A DNA stretch of 61,599 nt, filler included, from Nitrospirae bacterium CG2_30_53_67 (GTDB lineage Bacteria; CG2-30-53-67): assembly GCA_001873285.1 (NCBI GenBank). It is 6 parts of 6 records of this genome, joined end to end, with 100 filler letters (N's around TTAATTAATTAA, not from the genome) between each part and the next. Parts side by side here need not be neighbours in the genome. Positions count along the whole stretch, not along the records: positions 1 to 6,697 come from MNYV01000117.1; positions 6,798 to 25,815 come from MNYV01000074.1; 4 more parts are not named here. One strand, written 5' to 3'. Position 1 is the first letter of the stretch. Each line of letters opens with the position of its first letter. Positions 1 through 11,468 of the stretch are shown in pieces. The notes below the pieces were generated by a model. That model did no database searches. It saw nothing but the letters and a program-made list of their open reading frames with translations, and was not told where the DNA came from. The translations under genes were made by a program, and so were the position numbers.

Positions 1-2
1 CC

Positions 3-248
3 GCAGCATACCTCGGGAAAATCCTCAGAGATCAGCCTTTACAGCAGCACGGGATCGAGGTTCTCGGCCCGGCCAAGGCGCCTCTTTTCACACTGAGAGG
101 GAAGAAGCGCTACCAGATCCTCGTCAAAGGGAGATCTGTCCGAAGCCTCCACCGGATCGTGGAACAAGGGGTCACCCGGCTGACACAAACCCACGGATTT
201 TCCGGCGTGGACCTGACCGTGGACGTGGACCCGGTCAATTTTTTATAA
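3..248 (+). CDS. priA: Primosomal protein N' (PriA), C-terminal end (5'-truncated by window edge)
   Basis: Manual translation: IEVLGPAKAPLFTLRGKKRYQILVKG...LTVDVDPVNFL*, matching the PriA C-terminal pattern (GPA-P...RYQ.L.K...DVDP). Confidence 0.85.
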   Translation, partial: AAYLGKILRDQPLQQHGIEVLGPAKAPLFTLRGKKRYQILVKGRSVRSLHRIVEQGVTRLTQTHGFSGVDLTVDVDPVNFL

Positions 249-282
249 GCATGGAGGAAGCAAAGAAGCAACCTTAGTGTTT

Positions 283-339
283 GGGCTCAAGTCTTGAATG
301 ATTAGTTTCATGTTATTCTTATATTTCAAGACCTGGCCC
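283..339. repeat. REP-like imperfect inverted repeat
   Basis: GGGCTCAAGTCTTGAA ... TTCAAGACCTGGCCC arms around an AT-rich loop. Confidence 0.55.
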
Positions 340-381
340 TTTCTACTCTGTAAAATTACAATCTCTTAGCGTCTCATTCCT

Positions 382-411
382 GTCATTCCCCGACTCGATC
401 GGGGAATCCAG
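382..411 (+). repeat. REP-like palindrome, family A (TGTCATTCCCCGACTCGATCGGGGAATCCAG)
   Basis: Near-identical copies at 3241-3271 (inverted), 6643-6673 (inverted) and ~7513-7542. Confidence 0.8.
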
Positions 412-495
412 ATAATATTCTCTTGAAACTTTACCCATACTGATGTAGGATTGCTCATCCTTTCGAATGCGGTCTCACTGTGGGAGGGAAAAACC

Positions 496-693
496 ATGTC
501 GGTCAAGGATATTATTAAGAAAGAAGTGGACAGATTGCCGGAAAGCGTCCTTGCTGAGGTTCTGGACTTCATGAGGTTTCTTGAGCTGAAAAGAGAGAAA
601 GATCTCCTTGTCAATGCCTCTCAAAAGCTGTCGGAACGTTCGTTTGAAAAGATATGGAACAACGAGGAGGACGCCGTGTATGACAATCTATAA
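496..693 (+). CDS. DUF2281-like small antitoxin
   Basis: MSVKDIIKKEVDRLPESVLAEVLDFMRFLE...IWNNEEDAVYDNL; RBS GGGAGGG upstream; overlaps start of a PemK-like gene. Confidence 0.75.
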   Translation: MSVKDIIKKEVDRLPESVLAEVLDFMRFLELKREKDLLVNASQKLSERSFEKIWNNEEDAVYDNL

Positions 694-841
694 GCGGGGT
701 GATGTTGTCCTTGTTCCGTTCCCGTTTTCAGACCAGACCGCAACCAAGAAACGCCCCGCCATCGTTATCAGCTCATCCGCATACAATGAAGTATCCCAGG
801 ACACTGTGATCCTCGCCGTAACGAGCAGGATTGAAATTTGA
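680..841 (+). pseudogene. PemK/MazF-family toxin, truncated (53 aa)
   Basis: MTIYKRGDVVLVPFPFSDQTATKKRPAIVIS is the PemK/MazF N-terminal motif; stops at about half the usual length and I see no continuation. Confidence 0.75.
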
Positions 842-1126
842 ACAATATCCATGCTGGACCTCGCTTGTGCATGGAGTATGAAAAGGGTCGCGTCTCCTTT
901 GTCCTGTTTAGTTAACTGCTCTGACCTCCATTGACCGCATCAAAAAATAGTCTATAACCAACAGATTCTATTTGCTTTTTCCGGAACCGTCCCCATGCAT
1001 ACACCCATGCATACACTCAGCGGACGCTCTCAGAGCAGTTCCTCGGGTATTTCTTGGGGCGGTTCTTCGGGCCGCGGGATGAGAAGCATGGTCAATTTCT
1101 TGTCCCTGCCTATCCGTTTTTCCATG

Positions 1127-1336
1127 TCACCGGGAAATTTTCTGATAATGTCTTGGATTATCCCGAAGGTATCTTCGATAGATCTCATGTTCGGTTACAC
1201 CCTCAGCCCTGGCCCTTATGGCAATGATCTCGCAGAGAATTGCATGCATGGTTCTGATGCGCTCAAGAGGCGAAAGCTTGAGAAACTGTTCCTGTTCATA
1301 TCGCTTTCCGAGGTCCATTATTGATTTCATGAGCAA
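1127..1336 (-). CDS. Small hypothetical protein in TA cluster
   Basis: 69 aa ORF (LSPLERIRTM...YRRYLRDN) between TA modules; no family confidently recognised. Confidence 0.5.
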   Translation of the reverse strand: MLMKSIMDLGKRYEQEQFLKLSPLERIRTMHAILCEIIAIRARAEGVTEHEIYRRYLRDNPRHYQKISR

Positions 1337-1404
1337 AGATTAACTTTTTTGCCGGTCAAGATCAAGAAGAATTTCCAGCCTTTGTAGAATTTTCACCCTT
1401 GGTC

Positions 1405-1818
1405 CTAAGCGTTCCTACAGCATCTTTGAAGGTTCTTGACCTTTAAAGGCGATTGTTCAGCGATCAGATCAAAATGATTATCCAAGTGATAGAGTGTGTG
1501 GCCGTGCTTTAGCGCGGATGCGGCAATGATCAAGTCCGTGGAAGGAATCGTAAAACCTTTTCTCCTCAGGGTTGAACCTAAGGAGGAAGCCTTGAAAAAA
1601 TCGTCCTGCAATAAGGCAAGAAAATGGAATCCCTTGAAGCCGGATTCTACTTTTTTCATTTCTTCCTGCCTGGAGATGCCGCTCAAAACCTCAACGACAA
1701 TGATTCCATTGATTGCAACGAGGTCGGAAGAAATGAATTCCTTGACCATCTGTTTGATCTGTTCGCTTCCATCGGGCCGGTAATATGATATCCAAACCGA
1801 GCTGTCTATAAGATTCAT
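1405..1818 (-). CDS. vapC: PIN-domain toxin VapC
   Basis: LIDSSVWI...EVLSG...DLIIAASAL...LYHLDNHF PIN acidic motif set. Confidence 0.9.
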   Translation of the reverse strand: MNLIDSSVWISYYRPDGSEQIKQMVKEFISSDLVAINGIIVVEVLSGISRQEEMKKVESGFKGFHFLALLQDDFFKASSLGSTLRRKGFTIPSTDLIIAASALKHGHTLYHLDNHFDLIAEQSPLKVKNLQRCCRNA

Positions 1819-2029
1819 TCCTGCTTTCTCATTTTGATGAGATCTTCTACGGTCATATCCATTTCAATCTTTCCGGCGTGTTTCAAGGCCTCTTCCCTTC
1901 TCTTTTTTCTTACAAATTCCTTCAACGCCTCTTCTATAATCTCCCGCTTGGTCTTCTTGCCGGAGACTTTTTGGGCCTCGTTAAGAAGTTTTTCGTCAAG
2001 GGTTACACTCATCCTCANNNNNNNCTCAT
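1815..2029 (-). CDS. vapB: VapB antitoxin (RHH type); start region contains a 7-N gap
   Basis: RMSVTLDEKLLNEAQKVSGKKTKREIIEEALKEFVR; GGAGG RBS before ATG at 2029; ATGA overlap with vapC. Confidence 0.85.
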
Positions 2030-2063
2030 ATAGCACCTCCGTAATGCACCAGCATGATACACC

Positions 2064-2092
2064 ATCCTAATGAACATCTTATCAGTTGTCAA
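2064..2092 (-). promoter_or_regulatory. Putative sigma-70 promoter of vapBC
   Basis: TTGACA-N17-TAGGAT on minus strand ~35 nt upstream of the vapB start. Confidence 0.6.
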
Positions 2093-2157
2093 GGATTGTT
2101 TTTGTGTGATTATTGGAGAGTTTTCACCTGAAATCCCCTAATAACTACGGAAGATGG

Positions 2158-3093
2158 TTACTGACGCGGGGCCGGAAACCTTTTGCGGAAATTGAACCAA
2201 GTATCGAAAAGACCCACCCCACATAGTGTGATCATCAGGGATACGTTGATCAGGCAGGTGAGATAAAGGACGCCTTTAAAGATTCCGGGAAGGCGTGTCT
2301 TGTTCAGGTAAAAAGAAAGGATCGCATATCCCTGCATCAGGTAGGCCAGCAGGAAGATCAGCGCAACGTTCAGGCCCGCCCACTTCAGATAGGGGACATT
2401 AAAAAGATAAAGTGGTCCGGAAAGGATGAGCCCCCAGACCCAGACGAAGGGGATGGAGATCTCTTTGAGGGGAGGAATATGGGACCGGTCAAGGCCGAGC
2501 CGATCTGCATAATGCAGGGGGACGAGAAGGCTCAGGTAGACGATGGAAAAAGCATTGATAAAGAGAAGAGCGGGAAAGGCGTTTTTAACAAAAGAGAGCA
2601 TGGCCATCATGCTTTCCCGGTAACGCGCCAGCTCGTCCGGGTCGGGATGCAGGCGTTTGACGCTCTCTTCCAAGGCAAGTTTTACGGCATCGCCTCCCTG
2701 TTGAATCATCTCGGAAAAAGGGACGGGTCCATGATAGAGATAGCCCGCTCCGGCGGCCATCACCAGGAGCGTGGAGATCAGCGTCGTGGTAAAGAGAAGG
2801 CCCACGGGAGGTGCTTTGCGCCTGAGTCCGTGGCCCAGAAGGATGCCGACCATCACAAACTGTGTGAAAAAAAAGGCCGCTACCGGCAGATTGAAAAGAA
2901 AGAGCACGAAAAAAGTGCTCAACGCTGCGACCGCAAGTCCCATCCTGTGCCCGTATTTCCACGTGGTCAGGACAAGGAAGACCGGCGAGATGATCATAGG
3001 GATCAGGGAAGAAAAGAAAAACAGGGTCCCAACCGTTGCGACAACGAACCAGAGGTAAGGGGACTCCAGGAATTTTCTCGGACGGTTATCCAT
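2158..3093 (-). CDS. DUF2232/YybS-family membrane protein
   Basis: Polytopic hydrophobic protein ending LMQGYAI...GLFDTWFNFRKR typical of DUF2232. Confidence 0.8.
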   Translation of the reverse strand: MDNRPRKFLESPYLWFVVATVGTLFFFSSLIPMIISPVFLVLTTWKYGHRMGLAVAALSTFFVLFLFNLPVAAFFFTQFVMVGILLGHGLRRKAPPVGLLFTTTLISTLLVMAAGAGYLYHGPVPFSEMIQQGGDAVKLALEESVKRLHPDPDELARYRESMMAMLSFVKNAFPALLFINAFSIVYLSLLVPLHYADRLGLDRSHIPPLKEISIPFVWVWGLILSGPLYLFNVPYLKWAGLNVALIFLLAYLMQGYAILSFYLNKTRLPGIFKGVLYLTCLINVSLMITLCGVGLFDTWFNFRKRFPAPRQ

Positions 3094-3131
3094 AGTTTGA
3101 CCGTTTCAGGGATTGAACGCTTTTGACCTTG

Positions 3132-3294
3132 TTATACTCGGTGTTTTAAATGCTTGCGCATTGTTTCCAAAACGTATCATATACAAGTTCCGAAACCGTT
3201 TGTCATACCGAACCTGATCCGGCATCCATTCCTTTATTAGCTGGATTCCCCGATCGAGTCGTGGAATGACATCGTACTGCTGATTGATGACGCT
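3132..3294. mobile_element. MITE-like element containing a REP doublet (copy 1)
   Basis: Shares left end (TTATACT..G.GT.TTAAATG..TGCGCATT.T.TCC.AA) and right end (ATGACGCT) with 6448-6697; internal REP-A pair. Confidence 0.65.
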
Positions 3295-3298
3295 CTGT

Positions 3299-4192
3299 TC
3301 AACGGGTTCTGACAGCAAAGGCCATGCGGTTACGGCCGGAAAGGTCCTGGATCACTTCAACCTTCCCGAATGAACGAGTTTCTTCAAACAGGGACTGTAC
3401 GGCTTCTCCATGGTCTTCTCCGATCTCCAGGGCGATCAGTCCTGCGGGCTGCAGCAGGCGGGGGAGATCCGCGATCAACCGCCGGATCAGCAGCAGGCCG
3501 TCTTCGCCGCCGCAAAGGGCAGACTCCGGTTCAAAATCCCTCACCTCTGTCTGAAGTCTATCGAATGCCGGCAAAGGGATATACGGAAGGTTGGCCACAA
3601 TTAGGTCGGCCCTGCAGCCGCTGCCGATGGCTGTCGCCAGATCTCCGCAGAGGATCTGAACGCGGTCTAAGACTTCATGCCGCCGGGCATTGCTTAGGGC
3701 TACGGAGAGGGCGTTCTCTTCCGAGTCCACGGCCAGTACGATGGCCTCCGGGCGCTCGCACGCCAGGGTCACCGCGATGCACCCGCTCCCTGTGCCCACA
3801 TCCAGGATGCGGCGGGGACTCTTGATGCGTCCCAGGCATGCTTCGACCAGGAGTTCGGTTTCCGGCCGGGGGATCAGGACATCAGGGGTTACATGAAAGC
3901 TGCGCCCATAGAATGAGACTTCGCCCAGGATATACTGCAGAGGTTCCCGGCTGCACCTTCGTTTTACCAGATCGAAAAAATTTCCCCGTTCAGACTCCTT
4001 GAGAGTCCTTGGATCAAGATAAAGGTCCAACCGGCCCATACCGAGCGCCGAGGCCATGATGGCTTCGGCATCGACTCTCGGATTCGGAACACCCGAGGAG
4101 CAGAGAAGATTCTCGGCCCATGCCATCCACATACGGGCGTCTTGTTCAAGACACAAATCAGGGATCATATTCATTTCTGGTTTTTCTCCCAT
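3299..4192 (-). CDS. prmC: Release factor glutamine methyltransferase PrmC/HemK
   Basis: EPLQYILG, VLIPRPETELLVE, LDVGTGSGCIA, NLPY motifs; downstream of prfA. Confidence 0.95.
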   Translation of the reverse strand: MGEKPEMNMIPDLCLEQDARMWMAWAENLLCSSGVPNPRVDAEAIMASALGMGRLDLYLDPRTLKESERGNFFDLVKRRCSREPLQYILGEVSFYGRSFHVTPDVLIPRPETELLVEACLGRIKSPRRILDVGTGSGCIAVTLACERPEAIVLAVDSEENALSVALSNARRHEVLDRVQILCGDLATAIGSGCRADLIVANLPYIPLPAFDRLQTEVRDFEPESALCGGEDGLLLIRRLIADLPRLLQPAGLIALEIGEDHGEAVQSLFEETRSFGKVEVIQDLSGRNRMAFAVRTR

Positions 4193-4193
4193 T

Positions 4194-4413
4194 TAGTGGG
4201 TAAAAAGGGTTTGAGGATTCCAGGGTTACGCTTCGCGTGCCCCGCTTTTCTCTATTTGTGTCTCCAATTCGCAATTAGAACCATAAGAGATGTATAAGGA
4301 TCTAAGATAATCCAGTGTTTTTTCCCGTGTAGTGTTTGAGCACTTCACTTGACCCCTGGAATCCTTGACCCCTTGGCCCCTTTTGTTTTCACTCACTCTT
4401 TTAGAGAAGACCC
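4194..4413 (-). mobile_element. Octamer-repeat element copy A with four-helix-bundle gene remnant
   Basis: Conserved ends (GGGTCTTCTCTAAAAGAGTGAGTGAAAACA / TTACCCACTA), 8-bp repeats (AAGGGGTC, AAGGATTC), remnant VLKHY + LDYLRSLYISYGSNCELETQI. Confidence 0.75.
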
Positions 4414-4421
4414 TCATTTCT

Positions 4422-5492
4422 TCACAGAGTACCTTTCAAGGCCTCGGCCTGCATGGTGCTGGTCAGGGTACCGATGACTTCATCAAGATCCCCTTCCAGG
4501 ATCGCATCGAGCCTGTATAGGGTGAGACCGATGCGGTGGTCGGTAATCCGGTTCTGCGGAAAGTTGTAGGTTCGAATCCGTTCACTCCGGTCCCCGGTCC
4601 CGATCTGGGATTTTCGATCCTTGGCAATCTTCTGTTCCTGCTCCTGTTGAAGCTGGTCTAAAAGCCTGGCCCGAAGGATTTTCATGCCCTTGTTCTTGTT
4701 TTTTAACTGGGACTTTTCATCCTGGCAGGAGACCACCATGCCGGAGGGAAGGTGTGTGATCCTGACCGCCGAGTCCGTGGTATTGACACTCTGGCCGCCG
4801 GGCCCTGAGGAACGGAACACATCAATCTTGAGATCCTTGGCGTCAATTTCCAACTCGACGTCTTCAGCTTCCGGGAGCACGGCCACGGTCACGGCCGAAG
4901 TATGGATCCGGCCTCCGGCTTCCGTAACCGGAATTCTCTGGACCCTGTGTACGCCGCTCTCATATTTCAACTGGCTGTAGACTCCGGTTCCTTCGATCAG
5001 GGTAATGATCTCTTTGAATCCTCCCACGCCCGTCGGGTTGCCGTGCATGACCTCCACCCTCCACCGTTTCCTTTCCGCATATCTCGTGTACATGCGGAAG
5101 AGATCAGCGGCAAAGAGCGCCGCTTCCTCGCCCCCGGTGCCGGCCCGGATCTCCAGGAAGATGTTCTTGCCATCATTGGGGTCTTTGGGGATCAGCATGA
5201 TCCTGAGTTCTTTTTCCAGGACTGCTTTCTTATTTCTCAGGCTGTCGATTTCCAATCTCGCCATCTCGATCATGTCCGGATCATCTTTGGACTGGTCAAG
5301 GATCTGCTCTGCGGCAGAGAGATCCTCCTCGACCTTCATGTATTCCCGGTATTTCTCGACAATCCCGGATAGGCCGGCATGTTCCCTGGCCAGCTTCTGA
5401 AAGGTCTTCTGATCGGAGATGATCTGCGGATCGCTCATCTGCCGGGTGATCTCTTCAAATTTTTCACTGATTTCTTTGAGTTTATTAAACAT
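4422..5492 (-). CDS. prfA: Peptide chain release factor 1
   Basis: GGQ motif ([10 protein letters not shown]), PVT tripeptide (RIPVTE), [11 protein letters not shown]. Confidence 0.98.
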   Translation of the reverse strand: MFNKLKEISEKFEEITRQMSDPQIISDQKTFQKLAREHAGLSGIVEKYREYMKVEEDLSAAEQILDQSKDDPDMIEMARLEIDSLRNKKAVLEKELRIMLIPKDPNDGKNIFLEIRAGTGGEEAALFAADLFRMYTRYAERKRWRVEVMHGNPTGVGGFKEIITLIEGTGVYSQLKYESGVHRVQRIPVTEAGGRIHTSAVTVAVLPEAEDVELEIDAKDLKIDVFRSSGPGGQSVNTTDSAVRITHLPSGMVVSCQDEKSQLKNKNKGMKILRARLLDQLQQEQEQKIAKDRKSQIGTGDRSERIRTYNFPQNRITDHRIGLTLYRLDAILEGDLDEVIGTLTSTMQAEALKGTL

Positions 5493-5507
5493 GGTTTTTA
5501 AACCTGA

Positions 5508-6425
5508 TCATGGGACCCATGGTTCCGACTTTCTGACCTCTTCCATATCCAGGGCCTCTTTGAGCGCTGCCAGGGCCACTTCCACCATCTCATCGGTCGG
5601 CTCCCGAGTGGTCAGACGCTGCAGCCATAAACCCGGCGCCATCATCCCTTCCATGATCCGATTCCCTCTCATTTTGGCGCTGTACTTGATGAACTCATAG
5701 GAAAGTCCTGCGATCAGCGGAATCAGCGCCAGCCTGGCCCCCCCTTTGATCCAGAAAGAGCTGTCGTGCGGGATCATGGAGAAGACCAGGATGCTCAGGA
5801 CCATCACCATCAGAAGGAAACTGGTCCCGCAGCGGGGGTGGAGCATGGAAAACCCTTTTGCATTGGCCACGGTCAGGTCGCGGCCGGCCTCAAAGGTATA
5901 GATGGATTTGTGTTCTGCGCCGTGATACTGAAAAAGGCGGCGGATATCCTTGATGGCCGATATAGCAATGACATAGACCAGGAATACGGCTACCCGGATA
6001 ACCCCGTCCGCCATGTTGAAGGCCAGGGAGCTTTGGTCCACGATGGGAAGGACCTTTCTCAGGAGGCCGGTCAGAAAGAGCGGCAGAACCATGAAGAGGA
6101 GCACCGCCCCCCCGATGCCCAGGACCAGGGCTAAGAGAAAGGAGAGTGCGCCTGAATCCTTTTTCTCTTCTTCTTTTAGGGCCTTCTGAGCTGAAAAATC
6201 CAACGCCTTCACGCCCCAGACCAGGGACTGCCATAGGGCCACCACCCCTCGAAGGATCGGTTTTTTCAGTATGGCATAGCGGTCTGAGAGCAGACGCAGG
6301 TCTTCCTTTTTGAATTCGATCTTGCCGGAGGGCGTTCTGACTGCCACAACCAGCGAGTGGGGCGCCCGCATCATAACCCCTTCGATCACGGCCTGGCCCC
6401 CGACTGATATCGGTTCATTGCTCAT
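5508..6425 (-). CDS. DUF1385 membrane protein
   Basis: VGGQAVIEGVMMR, YHGAEHK, HPRCGTSF, LTTREP motifs; conserved upstream of prfA. Confidence 0.92.
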   Translation of the reverse strand: MSNEPISVGGQAVIEGVMMRAPHSLVVAVRTPSGKIEFKKEDLRLLSDRYAILKKPILRGVVALWQSLVWGVKALDFSAQKALKEEEKKDSGALSFLLALVLGIGGAVLLFMVLPLFLTGLLRKVLPIVDQSSLAFNMADGVIRVAVFLVYVIAISAIKDIRRLFQYHGAEHKSIYTFEAGRDLTVANAKGFSMLHPRCGTSFLLMVMVLSILVFSMIPHDSSFWIKGGARLALIPLIAGLSYEFIKYSAKMRGNRIMEGMMAPGLWLQRLTTREPTDEMVEVALAALKEALDMEEVRKSEPWVP

Positions 6426-6447
6426 AAATCTGATGCCCCCTACTGAT

Positions 6448-6697
6448 TTATACTAAGCGTCTTAAATGAGTGCGCATTATCTCCGAAGCATATTATACGA
6501 ACGACCGAAGTCTTAGGCTGTTTGTCATTGTCCGGTCCCCCGATCAAGCTTGCCTTCCGACTTGATCGGAGGGTCGGAGGACAGGCCCGACCTGTCTGCC
6601 GTGACATCGGCACAGGCAGGCCGGACAATCCAGTTTGACTGACTGGATTCCCCGATCGAGTCGGGGAATGACAGGGTGTCGTTGACTTATGACGCTA
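6448..6697. mobile_element. MITE-like element with nested REP palindromes (copy 2), ends at contig end
   Basis: Termini AGCGTCTTAA / TTATGACGCTA; similar to 3132-3294; nested palindromes inside. Confidence 0.65.
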
Positions 6698-6797
6698 NNN
6701 NNNNNNNNNNNNNNNNNNNNNNNNNNNNNNNNNNNNNNNNNTTAATTAATTAANNNNNNNNNNNNNNNNNNNNNNNNNNNNNNNNNNNNNNNNNNNN
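6698..6797. other. Artificial contig-joining spacer
   Basis: 100-nt N-run with central TTAATTAATTAA (stops in all frames). Confidence 0.97.
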
Positions 6798-7453
6798 AGG
6801 CCCATGATTCAATGGGTCTATGAACGGGTGAGCCGTGCTTCTCTAATTCAAGATGTGATCGTGGCCACGGATGACCGCAGGATCCGAGATGCGGTGCTGG
6901 CATTCGGCGGGCGGTGCGTGATGACGTCTCCTTCGCATGTAACAGGCACGGACCGGCTTGCCGAGGCGGCCCAGGATTTGAAGGCCGGCATCATCGTCAA
7001 TGTCCAGGGGGATGAGCCGTTGATCGAACCCGGTGTCATAGACGCCTGCATCCGCCCCATGATGGATGGAGGGGCCTTCCCGGCGGCGACCCCATGTACA
7101 AGAATTAAGTCCAGAGATGAGCTGATCAATCCCGACGTGGTCAAGGTGGTTATGGACCGGGACGGGTTTGCGCTCTATTTCTCCAGATCCCCGATCCCCT
7201 ATGACCGGGATCACGGCCCGATCGAAGTGGATGTGACTGGGAACCTCTTTTTCAAGCATATCGGGATTTATGTCTATCGGAGGGATTTTCTGCTGAAGTA
7301 CAGCCGCATGGCGCCGACGCCGCTCGAGGTTCGGGAGAAGCTGGAACAGTTGAGAATCCTGGAAAACGGGTACAAGATTCGGGTGGTGGAGACCGAGTAC
7401 GATTCGATCTCCGTGGATACGGAGGAGGATTTAAGGAGGGTGCAGGACCTCAG

Positions 7454-9345
<1,892 letters not shown>

Positions 9346-9348
9346 TGA

Positions 9349-9476
9349 GGGTCATTTCCGAGGATATTGGTTGAGAGTTATGGGTTCAAGGGTCCGAGGG
9401 GTCAAGGGGCCAAGTGAACCACTCAAACTACTTGAATCCTTGAATCCTGAGATACTCAAACTCTTCTAACCTACTA
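9349..9476 (+). mobile_element. Octamer-repeat element copy B (degenerate, no coding remnant)
   Basis: GGGTCATTTCCGAGG start, GGGTTCAA/GGGTCCGA/GGGGTCAA/GGGGCCAA-GTGAA then inverted CTTGAATC units, TAACCTACTA end. Confidence 0.65.
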
Positions 9477-9526
9477 AAAGAGAGAAGAACCAAGGATGAA
9501 AGGAAGAAGAACCGGGGATTACTGAT

Positions 9527-10366
9527 ATGACTGCTATAGTAAAGATCGGGCCGGTTACCGTCGGGGGAGGCGCTCCCCTGGTCCTGATCGCGGGCCCCTG
9601 CGTGATCGAAAGTGAAGCCTTGACCATGAAGACAGCCGAGGCCCTGAAGAAGACGGCCGAAGATGCGGGGATTTCCCTGATCTTCAAATCATCTTATGAC
9701 AAGGCCAACCGGTCTTCTTACTCATCCTTCCGGGGGCCGGGCCTGAAGGCCGGGCTCAAGATCCTGCAGCGGGTTCGCGAGGAGCTTTCCCTTCCCGTCG
9801 TTTCTGATGTCCATGTTCAAGAGGAGATCCATCAGGCCGCGGAGGTCCTGGACGTGCTTCAAATTCCAGCGTTCCTGTGCAGGCAGACCGATTTCGTCAT
9901 GCAGGTTGCCCGTGCCGGCCGGCCGGTCAATGTGAAAAAGGGGCAGTTCATGGCGCCTTGGGATATGAAAAATGTGGTAGAGAAGATCCGGCATGCAGGA
10001 AACCAAAGGGTGATGATCACCGAGCGGGGGACCAGCTTCGGATACAACAATCTTGTGGCCGACATGCGTGCGCTTCCGATCCTGCGCGGGTTTGATGTGC
10101 CCGTGATCTTCGACGGTACGCACAGCGTGCAGCTTCCCGGCGGTCAGGGGACCTCTTCCGGCGGGCAGCGGGAGTTTGTGCCTTTTCTTACGCGCGCGGC
10201 CGTTGCCGCCGGTGTGGACGGGATCTTCCTGGAGGTTCATCCGGAGCCTGATAAGGCTTTGTCCGACGGTCCCAATATGCTCCCTTTGAAAGACCTCCCG
10301 GACCTTTTGTCCCAAGTCAAGGAGATTGATGATATGATCAGGAGAGGAAGGGAAAACATAGGATGA
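9527..10366 (+). CDS. kdsA: KDO-8-phosphate synthase
   Basis: IAGPCVIES, KSSYDKANRSS, QIPAFLCRQTD, VNVKKGQF, SDGP. Confidence 0.98.
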   Translation: MTAIVKIGPVTVGGGAPLVLIAGPCVIESEALTMKTAEALKKTAEDAGISLIFKSSYDKANRSSYSSFRGPGLKAGLKILQRVREELSLPVVSDVHVQEEIHQAAEVLDVLQIPAFLCRQTDFVMQVARAGRPVNVKKGQFMAPWDMKNVVEKIRHAGNQRVMITERGTSFGYNNLVADMRALPILRGFDVPVIFDGTHSVQLPGGQGTSSGGQREFVPFLTRAAVAAGVDGIFLEVHPEPDKALSDGPNMLPLKDLPDLLSQVKEIDDMIRRGRENIG

Positions 10367-10448
10367 TTTTGTGAGGTATTAAATCCTAAATAGGATTTAG
10401 AATTTATAAACCTCTCCACCTATATTGCCTTAGGAGGCTGGAAGCGGA

Positions 10449-11438
10449 ATGAAGCCTAAAAATCGAGACGTGATTGCAACGGCGAAGAAGGCCCTTAAGA
10501 TCGAGGCCGAGGCCATTCTCGCCATGATGGACCGAGTGGATGAGCGCTTCAGCCAGGCGGTCCAAGCCATTTACGACTGCAAGGGCCGGGTGGTCGTGAC
10601 CGGTATGGGAAAGTCAGGCCATATCGCCAGGAAAATCGCTTCCACTTTCTCCAGCACCGGGACCCCGGCCTTGTTTTTCCATCCGGCCGAGGGGGTGCAC
10701 GGCGACCTGGGGATGATCGTTAAAGGTGATGTGGTCCTGGCCCTCTCCAACAGCGGCGAGACCGAAGAGTTGTCCGTGATCCTCCCCCTGATCAAACGCC
10801 AGGGAAATGTCCTGATCGCCATGACCGGGGATGCCGGTTCTACCCTTGCGAAACGGAGCGATATCGTACTTGATGTCGGGGTAAAGAAAGAGGCCTGCCC
10901 TTTGGATCTTGCCCCCACGGCAAGCACCACCGCGGCCCTGGCCATGGGCGATGCCCTGGCCGCGGCCCTGCTGGATAAAAGGGGATTCAAGGCCGAAGAT
11001 TTTGCCCTGTTGCATCCCGGCGGGACCCTGGGTAAGAAACTCCTGCTCAAGGTTTCGGATGTGATGCACGTCGGGAATGAAGTGCCGAAGGTCAAGGTTT
11101 CCGACCTCATGAAGGACGTCATTTATGAGATCACTTCAAAGAAACTCGGGATGACGACCGTCGTGAGCGAAAAGGGTGAATTCAAGGGGATCATCACCGA
11201 CGGGGACTTAAGGAGATTCCTGGAGAAAGAGATCGGCAAAAGGTCCGATCCTCTCTCAAAAAAGGCCGGAGACGTGATGACCAGGAGCCCCAAGACCATC
11301 GAGAAGGACGCATTGGCCGCCAAGGCCGTCCAGATCATGGAGAGCTACTCCATTACCTCCCTGGTCATCCTGAACCATTCAAAGGAACCGGCAGGTGTGG
11401 TCCATCTGCATGATCTGTTAAAGGCCGGAGTCGTATAG
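10449..11438 (+). CDS. kdsD: Arabinose-5-phosphate isomerase (KpsF/GutQ, SIS + CBS)
   Basis: VTGMGKSGH, HGDLG, SNSGET, APTASTT, HPGG, paired CBS domains. Confidence 0.96.
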   Translation: MKPKNRDVIATAKKALKIEAEAILAMMDRVDERFSQAVQAIYDCKGRVVVTGMGKSGHIARKIASTFSSTGTPALFFHPAEGVHGDLGMIVKGDVVLALSNSGETEELSVILPLIKRQGNVLIAMTGDAGSTLAKRSDIVLDVGVKKEACPLDLAPTASTTAALAMGDALAAALLDKRGFKAEDFALLHPGGTLGKKLLLKVSDVMHVGNEVPKVKVSDLMKDVIYEITSKKLGMTTVVSEKGEFKGIITDGDLRRFLEKEIGKRSDPLSKKAGDVMTRSPKTIEKDALAAKAVQIMESYSITSLVILNHSKEPAGVVHLHDLLKAGVV

Positions 11439-11468
11439 ACTCCGTCGGATTCAAAAAGGAGGGGAGAA

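Noticed and set aside
2018..2024. Apparent disruption of vapB start
   Set aside because: 7-N gap flanked by overlapping ATGAG/TGAGG sequence; most simply an assembly artefact
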